Positions 10,281-23,639 are shown, counted from the first letter of the whole stretch. The stretch: DNA of 63,486 nt, filler included, from Octopus bimaculoides (GCF_001194135.2; 7 parts of 7 records of this genome joined end to end with filler, not necessarily neighbours in it), one strand, 5' to 3'. Program-made: numbers and translations. Notes: generated by a model from the letters alone, not told the origin.

Positions 10281-13200
10281 ANNNNNNNNNNNNNNNNNNN
10301 NNNNNNNNNNNNNNNNNNNNNNNNNNNNNNNNNNNNNNNNNNNNNNNNNNNNNNNNNNNNNNNNNNNNNNNNNNNNNNNNNNNNNNNNNNNNNNNNNNNN
10401 NNNNNNNNNNNNNNNNNNNNNNNNNNNNNNNNNNNNNNNNNNNNNNNNNNNNNNNNNNNNNNNNNNNNNNNNNNNNNNNNNNNNNNNNNNNNNNNNNNNN
10501 NNNNNNNNNNNNNNNNNNNNNNNNNNNNNNNNNNNNNNNNNNNNNNNNNNNNNNNNNNNNNNNNNNNNNNNNNNNNNNNNNNNNNNNNNNNNNNNNNNNN
10601 NNNNNNNNNNNNNNNNNNNNNNNNNNNNNNNNNNNNNNNNNNNNNNNNNATATACATATATATGTATGTATGTATAGAGAGAGAGAGAAAGAGAGAGAGA
10701 GAAATATATACATACACATACACACACTCACATATATATATATGTATGTATGCATGTAAATATGTATGGATGAATGGATGAATGGATGAATGGATGGCTG
10801 TGTTCCTGTATATATGGGTATTTGTCTGTGCATGCGTCTATGCATAAATACCTACGTACATACATAGACACTCATTTCCTATTGAAAGTGCATAATGTTA
10901 AAAGGAAAAAAAAAACAAAGAAAAAAGAAAATAAACATTGCAATCCGGACGTGTCATCCGCTTTTTAACGACGACAGCGGATACTGAAGAATGAAGAAAT
11001 AGCTGTGAGCACATCCTCATCTATAGTGACTAAACGTGACCATGACACGGAATAAAATATAAAAATAAAGCTACTTTTGGGGCAGATTGTGTTAAACACA
11101 ACTAGCTACTGACTGTTGTGTCGTGTCTATACATTTCTCTGCCATTTATAAGACACCTGCAATCGACTTGAATGCTTTAGATCATTTGTTAACTTAATTA
11201 TATTTGATTGTTAATTAAAGTCTCCTTTGCTGCTGTCGTTATTTAAGTGCCATATCAGACCTAACTGAACAGACCTATCTATCATCAAAGGTGATCCAGT
11301 TTTGACCATTCTGAAAAACATCTTTTCGAAACGCCTGACTTCATTCATTCTTATTTAATGATTTACTAGAATTCGTTCATTTCTCCTAACCACGGAAGTA
11401 AAAAATGAAATCAGTACTATTAAAGTTGTTTGTTTGGCGCTCGGGTCAACCCTAATTGAACAGATGTATAATTAATGGCAATCCAACCATGACATCCTTG
11501 TTTTCTAAAGTAGTGTTGCGCATTTGAAACTATAGCATTCAGTATATCACCCTCATTTCAAGACAGCAGAGTATCGTTTAAGGGAGGGAGATTTGGCTGC
11601 TATTTGCAAGATTCTAACTGATTACATAAAGAAAGCATCTATGTGTATATAAGAGAGATGTATTGCCGAATCAGTAGGGAACCAAAATTGCCGTGCATTA
11701 CCTGTATTGGAAATAGTTATCAATGAATGCAGAAACAATATATATATATATGTATTTTATCTCACAATGGAATAAAAACCCCTCGTCGACATTTTCAGCG
11801 GCGTGTTAATAAAGTTCGAACCGACCGATTTCATTGTTATTTAACAATTCATAAACATCCACTTATCTCTTCTTAAACCGCCGATGACTAACGTAACTTT
11901 CCACCAATATGGAAATAAGAGTCATATCGATATGCCTTTTGTCTCGCTGTGAAATTAGCCCGACGCGGGCTTATTCAGCCGATTCGGAACGACTGTCTTC
12001 ATGGTTATTAAATGATTTACCAGAATTCGCTCATTTCTCCTAACTGCTGATAATAGAAGCGAAAGGTTACTAATTAGAACATAGACAAAACGTGTGTCTG
12101 ACACAATATATTTACACAATAGTGAATAAGGTTTATGGCCTGACACTGAGTACAAATGTACCAATACAGCATGGGTTATGAAAGATAAATAAATAAAATA
12201 AATAAATAAATAAATAAATTTATATCCCTAGGTGTTTAATTTCGCTGGCCTATCCTGTGATTGTAGCTTACATATACTGCTTAATGACTAAGATTACATT
12301 GCTGTTCTAGCGACCAAATAAATTATTGCAATCATCATCATCACCCACCGCAAAAAACAGCAGACGACAACGACTACTGCCACCACCACCACCACCACCA
12401 CCACCACTTCCACTACCCTTCACCGTTACTAACCTTTTTTATTGTTGGTGGAAATAAAATTGAAGAAATTTTTTGAGGTTAGTGGCTTGTAAAAATGAAT
12501 AAATGCATCTAGTTTGCATCTTGTTTGAGAAAGAATGACATATTTGATACAAAGTGATTGAAAACTTGATTCCAATAATTCAGTGCGTTGAGGGGTACCA
12601 ATGTTTTGTGTTCATGTAGGCTATGTTAGAAGTGAAGAACACAAACTAACAAACTATACACTCAAGAAGAAATGAACTAAGAACTGAAAGCTGTTGAACA
12701 TTCACCGATTTTGAATTGCAGACATGCCTCACAGTGATGACATGTTCCTTTAGACAGTTACGTGGATTTGGTCCTTTGAGAGTAAAGTGACATAGCCATA
12801 GTTATGATGCAATACTGATGATAGGGAATCCTTTGTCAAATTTGAGGTTTATTAGTCAATAGACTTTTGACTCAGTCAATAGACTTACAAGTCAATTGAC
12901 TTTTGACTCAGCCATCTACGTTCTTCGGATTCGACGATGACTATTCAATTGTTCGATCAACGGAAATACTAGTTAAATTAACTGAGTATAAGAGGCTGAG
13001 TATGCAACAGATACATGCAACCCTAAAGTAAATTATCAGGTAGAATCAGTGTAATACAATATTCAATAAGGTAGGGCCATTAAATTACAGATAGCCATAC
13101 AACTATTTCCAGTTAACCATTTTCACTCATAAAGGTCGATTTAATGCTAAGGTAAAAAGCACTTGCCTACAATGCCATACAGTGTGATTGAACCAGAGAC

Positions 13201-14224
13201 GTCGTGATTACAAACTGAACTTCTAGGCCACATGGTCATACCGCATGCATTTACCTAAAGTACTTTATATCAAACGGTCGGATGTCAAAATAAATGTAAC
13301 GAAAAGTAGAACATCGAATTCCAGTCTAACAAACAGGAAATTTCTTCAGTTGCTCCTATTGCTTAGAGCAACTAGAGAAATTTGATTAAGCAAAACAGCT
13401 CTGATTTCGGATCTCCGTTCGGAGGGGTTCTTTCTTTTCAATATTTATGGGGGCTGTGAGTTTTGGATGTTTTTAGGGAAGGGATCAACAGAGAGGCAAG
13501 TGGGCCTTCCTTGGCTTTCTGTGCCCCTAACCGATGTACCAACTAATCCCCTCTTATATGCTCTGTTCGCTCCATGATCAATATTATCGTTAAGTTTTTT
13601 TTGTCGTAATTGAGAAACTCAATTTTTTACAATTTTAAGTTACTCTATTTCGAAACTCATATGTTATAACCACTTTTAGTTACTTTATGAAATGTGAACT
13701 ACAGACGATCAATATGTAGGATATTTAAAAGCTAAAAATATTTTCAAAATCAGTGTCAATGGAACATAGTATAAGTGAAAGTGAAGTATCATAACATGTA
13801 TTACAGTGTTGCTTTGTATCTAATTTATTGTCTCAGTTATAAAAAAAACTGGATACAAACACTAAAAAACTATTCATATAAAAAGGAAAATAAAGCCGGT
13901 CCGACTGTTCGCAGTGAATAATCTCGATCAATGACTACAGTAGGTTATTTTAACTTTAGAGGAGTACAAATAATGCTTGTGTCTTTCACGTCGTTTCGAG
14001 TGACATTAACAACGTAAGTGAACTCATGAATCAAAACCAGGTCACGCTGAGTGAGGTTTATATGTATATGAATGTGCCGACCGCGTAAGCAAATAGAAGG
14101 TTAAGAAAAGTAATTATATGTATCATAAATGCTTCGCTGGAATTGAAAAAACCTGTACAATTAATATTCGTGTATGACAAATTGCATATGACTATTGTGT
14201 TGAAAAATAACTGAAAACTTGGGA

Positions 14225-14447
14225 ATTACATTTGTAGATTTACAGTTCGGGGGATAAACATAGAGGAGACAAACAGGGACAGGCAAATGGATTAAGTCGA
14301 TTACATCGACCCCTGTGCATAACTGGTACTTATTTAACCGACTCCGAAAGGATGAAAAGCAAAGTTGACGTTGGCGCAATTTGAACTCAGAACGAAATAC
14401 CGCTAAGCTTTTCGCCCGGCGTGCCAACCACTCCGCCAGCTCGCCGT
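14225..14447 (-). mobile_element. SINE family B (variant tail)
   Basis: Reverse complement of ggcgagctggcggagtggttggcacgccgggcgaaa...gagttcaaattgcgcc... Confidence 0.88.
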
Positions 14448-14476
14448 CTTAATGTTAATAAATATTAAAAAGGAAT

Positions 14477-14697
14477 GAAGGCAACGAGCTGGCAGAATCG
14501 TTAGCACACCATGCAAAATGCTTAGCGGTATTTCGTCTGTCTCCACGTTCTGAGTTCAAATTCCGCCGAGGTCGACTTTGCCTTTCATCTTTTCGGTGTC
14601 GATAAAATAAGTACCAGTTGAGTACTAGGGTCGCTGTAATCGACTGACCCCTCCCCCGAGATTGCTGGTCTTGTGCCAAAATTTGAAATCAATATTA
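14477..14697 (+). mobile_element. SINE family B, full length
   Basis: A-box-like ctggcagaatcg, B-box gagttcaaattcc, tail tgtgccaaaatttgaaatcaatatt. Confidence 0.9.
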
Positions 14698-15269
14698 GAA
14701 AGGAATCACAAGGGAAAAAAGTGTTTATGAAAAGAAATTAGTTTTGAAGTAAATTACGTTTCTAGTGATGTCTGAATCAATTCGAAATTGTTATAAAAGG
14801 TCTATATTTGCCTTCACTAACGAGTGTTTAAATGTGTTTAGGCATATAGCTTTAGATTTATAAGCGAGATGAAATGAGACTGTGATGTACTTTCAGGTCA
14901 AAGGAGAATCAGAAACTTAAGTGAGATAATAGGGAATTACATATTGTTCAAAGAGTTAGTTCAGAGATATTATATCTCTATTTATCTATGCGCAAAATTT
15001 GAATGTATAAGTACAATATCTATATTTACATTTCGCTTTGATTGGTGTCTTAGTCATGGCTCTGTATATGGTGTCACTGGTGTATTTACAGCAATTATTG
15101 CAAGCTTATTTTTAAAAAAATTTACCTTTCAATATTGGAAGCCAATTAAGCTAACGTTACTACTGGCTTTAATCACTGATTTATCAATATGCGTTATAAG
15201 TATTGTCTCTTTAATTTTTTAAAGTCGACACTGATTTTCTATTAATCATGCAAATTTCATTTCATATTT

Positions 15270-15510
15270 TACCTTTCATGTACCATGTTCAGACATTCTT
15301 GTCTTAGATGTTTCCTCTCCCATTAAAATTTTCCGATGTACCTCTGTTTCTCTTTTAAGCTCTTCAGCAAACATGGGGTTTTATAAATAAAAATTTGCTT
15401 TATTATTCCTTTCAGGTAATTTAAACTCTGGAGAGAAATCTGCGCAGTGTGGTGCTACTTTTGAACACAGTTTTGATCTGATAAGCGTTACAGCTCCTCT
15501 GAATGTTTCC
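15270..15510 (-). mobile_element. Second fragment of the Poseidon-type PLE linker/GIY-YIG
   Basis: Minus strand reads IQRSCNAYQ.KTVFKSSTTLRRFLSRV...IYKTPC, collinear with the 1690-2070 copy. Confidence 0.65.
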
Positions 15511-16127
15511 AGTCTCTTATAGTAAGAAGGAGTCACAATGGAAATTGGTTTAATTTCTATTTGTCCATAGAAATGGCTGTAAGTATATGATGGGGTGGGA
15601 TAAAATATATCACTAAAGAGAGAAATATTCTTAATTGCTAGAGAACTCTAGTGGAACTTGAAAGAATTAAAGCAAAATAAAATGTTTGCTGACAATACAA
15701 CTGATTATGGCTGCCACCACTAAAAGGTAAATTTAAGTAATATCTCAATAGCAATCATGTACATTATAGTGATCTAAAGAGTAAGAAAATTATAACTGTT
15801 TGTTTAGTTATAAAGATTTCTATTACGAATCCAGCCTGGATTCTAGAAATAAGACGTGATAGTGGTCGTGGATTTGAAACTTGCACTGAAAAATACGCTT
15901 ATATGAGATTTATAAGAAGAATGTTGTTTAATTCTATTAAAAACAACTTATGTGTGTGTGAGAGAGCGAGCTTGTGATATGTATGTATGGGTGGATGTGT
16001 CGTATGAATGTATGTGTGTCTGTCTCTGGCGTATAGGTTAAAACAGGGAAGAAGTCTGAAAAAATTTTAGATTTTAATATTTTGGTCAGTTTCCAAATGA
16101 TCGCCATACGAAACCATGCTCGATATA

Positions 16128-16307
16128 GATATTGGTTTCAAATTTTGGCACAAAGCAAGTGCTCAGATGGTACTTATTTTATCGACACCGAAAGGATAAA
16201 AGGCAATGTCGACCTCAACGTAATTTGAACTCAGAACGCGCAGACGGGCGAAATGCCGCTAAGCATTTTGCCCGGTATGCAAACAATTCTGCCAGTTCAC
16301 CGCCTTT
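16128..16307 (-). mobile_element. SINE family B with internal deletion
   Basis: Reverse complement of the family B head, body and tail. Confidence 0.85.
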
Positions 16308-17541
16308 CCGTTCAAAACAAATATTAACACTGGCATTTGTTAGGAAAACTATCATCGTTGAAAGTGGTACAGTTATTCAGCCTCTATGTTTAAGAGAGCT
16401 GATCACTTATTTTGAACCTTATTACTGCCCTCTTAAGAGAAATAAACGCCATTAAGCATCCTGACCTTCAGATACAAGTTCGTTATGTATCTACCATTGT
16501 CCTAATTTGTGTATCCACATTTTTCTAGCAGTCATCTATGTGTCTTTTATTTTTATATTTTTCATTAGTTTTAAACTGAACTTAAGTTGTTGTTTTTTTG
16601 TTTTGTTTTTTTGTTTTTTTTTTGTTCGGCTGATATTCCTTGTTGTATGCTTACCCCTTGTAGATGAATACACTGACGTAATTTCACCCTAGTCCCATTT
16701 AGCTGTTTATTTATATATATATTTTTTTTTATTGAGCAGGTGCATGTCTAGAAAAAGCTTTGTCACATCTTGACAGGACAACAGTTGAAGCCATTAATCA
16801 GAACCAAAATAGAATGGAAGCCAATATATTATATAATGAACATTTCTGTCATTCGTGAAGAAGTTAAAAAGATTCCTACATAATATTGCTAATTTTTCAT
16901 TTGGAGATTATGTTCAGAAAGACACTTGAAAAAACAAAAAAAAAGTGGAAGGAGGAGTAATGGTGATACGTGGGGTTGTGGATTGGATGTGACTCAGTCT
17001 GGGTTTCAAACTAATGATGTAATGCAGTGGACTTCAATCATTTCCCCCCTTATTTTTGGGACGCTATGGAGATTAAAAAATATATTATTGCCCCTTGTAT
17101 GAAAATATTCTAAAAAAAAGACTTGTTAAAAATTAGAAAAAAAGGTAAGAAAGTGATGCTTACAACTTTGTTTTACGTAATCATACTCGTGTATAACAAA
17201 AAATGAATAACACGTTAAGACGCTCAAAGAGTAGATGCCAATTTTTAGCCTAAAACATTTTGGGTGTGAGTGTGTGTGTGTATGAATCCTCTGTTTAGTG
17301 GATCGATCCACTACTCAGGAAGAGACTATTCTAGAGTACGTTCTGCCTTATCTTCGAAACGTCTAATTAGAATAGAGGCAGCTGACGAAGGAATAATTCC
17401 AAGTGGCTATCTGTTTTCCTATGTGTTCGTTCCGTTGTCTGTAGTTCATTGTTCTAACGTCCTGTACCCTGATATGCATCTATATACATATGTAGATGTA
17501 AGTATGTACATATATCTGTGTATACATGCATATATATTCTT

Positions 17542-17578
<37 letters not shown>

Positions 17579-18189
17579 NNNNNNNNNNNNNNNNNNNNNN
17601 NNNNNNNNNNNNNNNNNNNNNNNNNNNNNNNNNNNNNNNNNNNNNNNNNNNNNNNNNNNNNNNNNNNNNNNNNNNNNNNNNNNNNNNNNNNNNNNNNNNN
17701 NNNNNNNNNNNNNNNNNNNNNNNNNNNNNNNNNNNNNNNNNNNNNNNNNNNNNNNNNNNNNNNNNNNNNNNNNNNNNNNNNNNNNNNNNNNNNNNNNNNN
17801 NNNNNNNNNNNNNNNNNNNNNNNNNNNNNNNNNNNNNNNNNNNNNNNNNNNNNNNNNNNNNNNNATATATATAATTTTTTGAATCTGCAGCACACCTAGA
17901 TACTCCCTTATAGCACACCATTTGAAGACCAATGCTTCAAATGAATTATATGTGTGTGCAATTTCAATCACTGTCATTTTCTGTCTGTCTCTCTCACACG
18001 CACACTTTTAATGATTCATTGCGTGCAAACGAACGAGTCTCACCATGCCATCAATGCTGTTCAAAGGAAAGCAACAACCGATATACTTTAGTACTAATGT
18101 CATACATTGCCATCAGAACGGAAGGAACCAGAAGATATACAGCAAGATGTCCCACAAAAGCTCCTTTAACAAATCCATCAATTCATTAC

Positions 18190-18480
18190 CATGGACTCCG
18201 GAAAGATGAAAAGCAAATTTGACCTAGGCGGGATTTGAATTCAGAGCGTAGAAACCTAGAACAACGACAATAAGGTAATCTAGCCGATGTTTTAACAACT
18301 CTGACAGTTATAAATGTAAGATGTAAATGTAAGATATCGGCTTCAAATTTTGACACAAGGCAAGCAATTTTGGGTGTTGGGGTAAACTGATTACATCGAC
18401 CGCAGTGTTTCATTAGGACTAATCTTATCTTTCCCGAAAGGATGAAAAGCAATATCGACCTCGGTGGCATTTGAGCTCGG
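18190..18480 (-). mobile_element. Two diverged SINE family B fragments in tandem
   Basis: gaaag(g)atgaaaagcaa...gacct...atttga occurs twice (~18200 and ~18435); tail cttcaaattttgacacaaggc at ~18340. Confidence 0.65.
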
Positions 18481-18596
18481 GAAAAAGAAAAGTCTCTTAC
18501 GTTTCAAGCCTACGCTCTTCAACAGAAAAGTAATAAGAGAAAATAAACAGAGAGGGAATGAAAAAGAACGAAAAACCCTGTAGATTTAGCGGTTAA

Positions 18597-18655
<59 letters not shown>

Positions 18656-18704
18656 NNNNNNNNNNNNNNNNNNNNNNNNNNNNNNNNNNNNNNNNNTGTG
18701 TGTG

Positions 18705-18990
18705 AAGGCGCATGGCTTAGTGGTTAACGTGTTGCACTCACGATTGCAAGATCGTAGGTTCGATTCCAAGACTTGGCGTTGCGTTGTATCCATGAGTAAA
18801 GCACTTCATTTAACGTTGCTCTATGATCATTTCGTCATCTCACATGTGGAATACGGTGCACCTGTGCAGGTGATGTGGCTTTGATGGGAGAGTGAGCTTA
18901 TGTGTGCACAAACATTTGATCACTATAAACGAATCACATGTGCGGTTTCTCAGTAAGAAATTGCCGAGCCCTCATACGTCGTCTAACGAC
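18705..18990 (+). mobile_element. SINE family C (tRNA head, variant tail)
   Basis: ggcgcatggcttagtggtt A-box, ggttcgattcc B-box, gtatccatgagtaaagcactt central domain. Confidence 0.75.
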
Positions 18991-19001
18991 GGCAGAATCC
19001 A

Positions 19002-19036
<35 letters not shown>

Positions 19037-19136
19037 NNNNNNNNNNNNNNNNNNNNNNNNNNNNNNNNNNNNNNNNNNNNTTAATTAATTAANNNNNNNN
19101 NNNNNNNNNNNNNNNNNNNNNNNNNNNNNNNNNNNN
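19037..19136. other. Assembly spacer 44N-TTAATTAATTAA-44N (core also at 27387, 44061, 52660, 59902, 61367)
   Basis: Identical 12-mer with stops in all six frames, embedded in N runs; counted as 44+12+44 at 19037 and 27343. Confidence 0.95.
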
Positions 19137-19184
19137 CACATACATACACATATATATACATTTATGTATATACACATACATAAA

Positions 19185-19230
<46 letters not shown>

Positions 19231-19363
19231 ATATATATTTACATATATATGTATGCATATATATATACACATGCATATATATATATGTATAAATATATAT
19301 GTATTCATATATACATATATTCATGCATATATGTGTGTGTACATGCATACACACACACACACG

Positions 19364-19400
<37 letters not shown>

Positions 19401-19807
19401 GAATGTATATGTATATATATGTATAACATTTATTAACTTTGATTCGGCCCCATGCAATTTAAAGTAGTAGCGTAGTCTCATGAAGCGAAACTAGCTCGTC
19501 AGGTATTCGGAAATCATCTAACCGAAAATGAAGCAAATTCAAGATGGGCTCTACATTATTTAACTCAAATCACGTTGGGTTGTTCGTTACTGAACGATAA
19601 CATCACTCTGGGCCAAGTTATCGGACAGAATATTTGTTGCGCTTTTGCCCCTTGAAAAACCATCCACATACAACCACGGACTTCGGATACGACCAAATAA
19701 ACAAGCTTCATCAAGAAATCAGAAGACGTTATCATTAGGCACTGTAATCTATGAAACATATGTAACCCGGTTATTAACTATCCCATTCCTTTAATCATTT
19801 ATAAATC

Positions 19808-19864
<57 letters not shown>

Positions 19865-20062
19865 TGATGATGATGCTGATGATGAGGATGAGGATGATGA
19901 GGATGATGACGGTAATAATAATAGTATAAATAATATATATAGGCATATTTAATACTTGAGCCTCTTCAGTGCGAACCACCTAGTAAAAATTCACGATTGT
20001 CATGTTAAACTCCGACAGTGCAACTGGTTTTGTTTTTGGTGGGGCGGGGGTGCCCGTGCCAG

Positions 20063-20278
20063 AGAGAAGGGCTGAAATGTTCCAGGCTTTAGATAAAATA
20101 AAATACTGGAGGATCAGTTAATTATGAGTCTATTCGTCACATTCCACTCTCAGATTCACGCACTTATTGCAGCGATTCTTCAGTTTTTCTAAGCCCTGTG
20201 GAAGAAATCGGTAGATTGGGCCTTCAACCAGGCGTTTCATGATACCCTTAAGCCAGGATCTTTTCAGCACACCCACGT
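20063..20278 (-). mobile_element. Non-autonomous mariner derivative (MITE-sized)
   Basis: TIRs gagaagggctgaaatgttccaggcttt / aagccaggatcttttcagcacacccacgt; interior encodes mariner C-terminus-like GLEKLKNRCNKCVNLRVECDE*. Confidence 0.8.
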
Positions 20279-20330
20279 TCATACATGTGTGTGTGTGTGC
20301 GTGTATGTGTGTGTGAGTGTATGCATGTGT

Positions 20331-20491
20331 GCATGGAATGACAGTGCGGTAAGAAGCTTGCTTCCCAACCACATGGTTCCGGGTTCAGTCCTAATGCGTG
20401 GCACTTTAGGCAAGTGTCTTTTACTATAGCTTCAGGCCGACCAAATCCTTGCGATTAGATCTGGTCAACGGAAACTGAAAGAAGCCCGTCG
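20331..20491 (+). mobile_element. SINE family A
   Basis: ggtaagaagcttgcttcccaaccacatggttccgggttcagtcc...gaaagaagcccgtcg. Confidence 0.9.
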
Positions 20492-20789
20492 TATATGTAT
20501 GTGCATATATATNNNNNNNNNNTGTGCGTGTGTTTGTGAATGTGTGTGTGTGTGTGTTTGTGTGTGAGTGTGGACAAGCCTTGAAAAGAAAGAAAGAAAA
20601 AAATGGACGATAGTCACGTGATAAAAAGATGGACGATAGTCATGTGTGAGCAATAACAGATAGTAAAGAAGAAAAGGGGAGAGAACGACAGATAGACAAT
20701 GGTGAAGGGAAGTAACACGAATTAGAAAGAAGTAACGTTTTGAAACATGAAAGTCATCACAATATATTTCAACAATGCAGAAGTGTTAT

Positions 20790-21630
20790 TCGTCAAAGTA
20801 AGTGCCATAACCATCAACGCATTTTTGGCAATGAATGACAAGTTTATTTATCCCAGTAACATAAAAATCTGGAGTTGATAAAATCTTTGAGTCCACTTTC
20901 AGCATCGGTTTGATTTTTAAACTCCTACTCTCGCAAGTAACCATCAAGGTGCTTGACAAAAGTGGGGGTCTGTAAGAGAAACGTCTGGAGGATAAGCGGG
21001 GCGGGAAAATACTCTGTAGTCAAGTTCCCTCAACTTCTGGAGCGTCGTTAGTGAAACGTGTGATCGAGCATTGTTATGAAGAATGATTGGCCCTCCTCTG
21101 TTGACCAGTCTTGGATGGAGGAGTAGCAGTTTTTGTTCATTTGGCAATTCCATGGCAATATGCTTCTGCAGAAATGGTTTTCCATATTTTAAGAAGTTAC
21201 AGTGAATGAGTCCAGCAGTACACCATCAAACAGTCACCATAATCTACGTTTTGAACAGCTTGGATTTAGGTAAGGTTTTCAGTGCTTCATTTTGGTCTAG
21301 CCACTGAGAAGAATGTTTTTATTACTGTATAGAATCCAATTTTCATCGTAAGTTACAATACGGTCGAAAAATGGATCAGTCTGGTTACGGAGAAGAAGCG
21401 ACGAATAAATTTCATATCAGCACATTTTCTGATTTTCATTCAAATCGTGTGGTACCCAATTGTCGAGCTTTTTTTGATTTTCCGATCGCAGGGAATTTAT
21501 TGTAGGCAGTTTTCTGGCTAACTTCTTTGTCAGCTCTCGAGTGGTTTTACGTGGATCTTTCTCTGTGACATCGATGACAGATGGGCGCCCACTACGCTCA
21601 CGATCTTGAAGGCTCAGGTCAGCTGAGAAT
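20790..21630 (-). mobile_element. Mariner (DD34D-type) transposase pseudogene
   Basis: DRERSGRPS, DPRKTTREL, WVPHDLNENQK, RIVTYDENWILY, IILHNNARSHVS, RPAYPPDVSLTD (YSPDL-like), GINKLVIHCQKCVDGYGTYFDE*. Confidence 0.92.
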
Positions 21631-22828
21631 ATATTTAATTTTGAGTACTTTAGTCATTATATTTTGCTGTGGTTCTATATTCACCCCGGCACGATTTCTG
21701 ACATTAACTAAATGGTTGAGATGGAAGATTAGAAATAATGTATACGCGGGAAATCCATGTATATATTAGTATCGGTACACCGAAATTTATCAGTATTTAT
21801 ATTTAGTTTTCGGTTTTATATTGACGGTGTATCTCTACTGAAACGTGTAAAGTAATTTTTATTACAGAACATGAAATCTTAAGGTATAGCGTCATCGGAA
21901 ATGTTTGTAAATCTTCTTGCCTATTACCTCGCATTTAGAATGGCTTGTAGACATTTGACATCTACATCTGGCGTGCAGGCGTTGGCACTCAAGCGCCTTC
22001 AATTATAATTATATACTTAACTATCAATCTATCTTCATATACCTCCACACTCACACACACATACACATATATGTATATAAGTATACATACATAATTAAAA
22101 TCATATATGTGTTTGTGTGAGCTCATATGTACAATTGCAGATATGGATGGACATTGACATATGAAGGTATTGTTTTCCTTACATCATACAATAGTCTTCA
22201 TTCTAAGAAGATATAGTTATCTCTCGCAGGAATCGCATTAGTATGTATATAGTATGTTATACATACATTTTCATGAAACCAATCTACAGAATCTATGTAT
22301 TTCTTAGTTTGTGACATTATACAACCATAAATTTTCACTCTGTATTTGTGTGTATTCATCTCATGAAATTACTATTTCCTTTACTTTGGAGCGATACATC
22401 TGAATATATTTGATGCACATGTCTGTTTGCAAGCTGTATCGAAATAAATGAATAGTCTTACATTAACCTACTTAAAGATGCATGTTCATGAAGCTTCAAT
22501 TTGTCCAAGAAATATCTTTAACAATCTTTATCGACTTTTATTACACGTTGGCCTATGCTATCCTCGACGTACAAAATACATCTTTTTTGTTTAGATACTT
22601 ATGTGTTTTCTGATATATTAGCAAATTAATAAACGTTTGGGATACGAAACGTCAATTCCATCGAAAGTTCCTCATTTGATCCGTTCCGAAAGAAAATTTG
22701 ACCTGTTGATGTTTTGAAATATGAACATAGCAGTAGACCGTTGTATTGTCTGGTCAGCTACTACACTACAGTCTATTATGATACAATAACAGTGTATCAT
22801 CACTACGACCATGTGAGCAACGCACATA

Positions 22829-23033
22829 TCAGGGTGTACTGAAACGTTCCTGTATCGTGAAAGGCCATGTTGGAGGATGAATTTTCCGAGTTCATTTATA
22901 TTGCTTGGAAAACATGAAGGAGTTGTGCAATACGTTTGAGTCTGAGAGGGGAAAACGTTGAATAAAATCATAATTAACTGATCCTCCCGTACTTTTTTTA
23001 ACCCAAAGCCAGGAAATTTTCAGCACACCCTCG
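22829..23033 (+). mobile_element. Non-autonomous mariner derivative, same family as 20063-20278
   Basis: TIRs cagggtgtactgaaacgttcctg / ccaggaaattttcagcacaccctcg with TA at the flanks; interior ends LSLRGENVE* then aatcataattaactgatcctcc, as in the other copy. Confidence 0.82.
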
Positions 23034-23559
23034 TAATTATTTTTCTCCTCTTTTCCCAAATTCTTTTGAGATAGCATAGCGCAGAGGAAGAGTAAATTTC
23101 CAAGAACAGACTAGAAATGGAAATATTATGCACGTTTCATCGAAGCGCAACTGGAAACGAATTATGCTTTATTTATAGATGTTTTCTAAATTTAAAAGAA
23201 TCATATCTCCTAAGCCAGACTGCAATGTATAAGAGGAGATTTCGCTTTTGTATACGAATTTATGAAGAAATGGTGAATTATTGCGGTTTCAATTACTATA
23301 TTTCGTCAAGTAACAAAATACTATGCTTCACCTTTGAGGTCAAAGTAAGGCCGAAACATCCATAATTGCATCTCGTACTTCTCATAATACGAAAGCCAAG
23401 TTATTAAACAATATTTCTTACCCCTTCTTAGAAGATCTATATTCAGCTTTTTGGTAGGTCATACAGTAATGCAATATTTCCTTCTCATATATTGCTATGT
23501 TATTAATTCAGTCTTTCATTAATTGCACTTGAAAGCACAATGGAATTAGGAAGACGTTG

Positions 23560-23579
23560 ATGTCGATGAAGACGACGAC

Positions 23580-23639
<60 letters not shown>

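Noticed and set aside
15416-15521. Apparent plus-strand exon (AG|GTAATT...TA|GTAAGA; GNLNSGEKSAQCG...)
   Set aside because: The opposite strand is a clear PLE linker/GIY-YIG fragment, so the splice-like signals are probably coincidental.
19081-19092. Recurrent TTAATTAATTAA 12-mer (six copies) as a biological motif or CRISPR-like repeat
   Set aside because: Always embedded in N runs forming a ~100-bp block with stops in all frames; it is an assembly gap marker.
19470-19505. Hammerhead-like ctgacgag / gcgaaac...gtc
   Set aside because: The two boxes lie on opposite strands and stem I cannot form.
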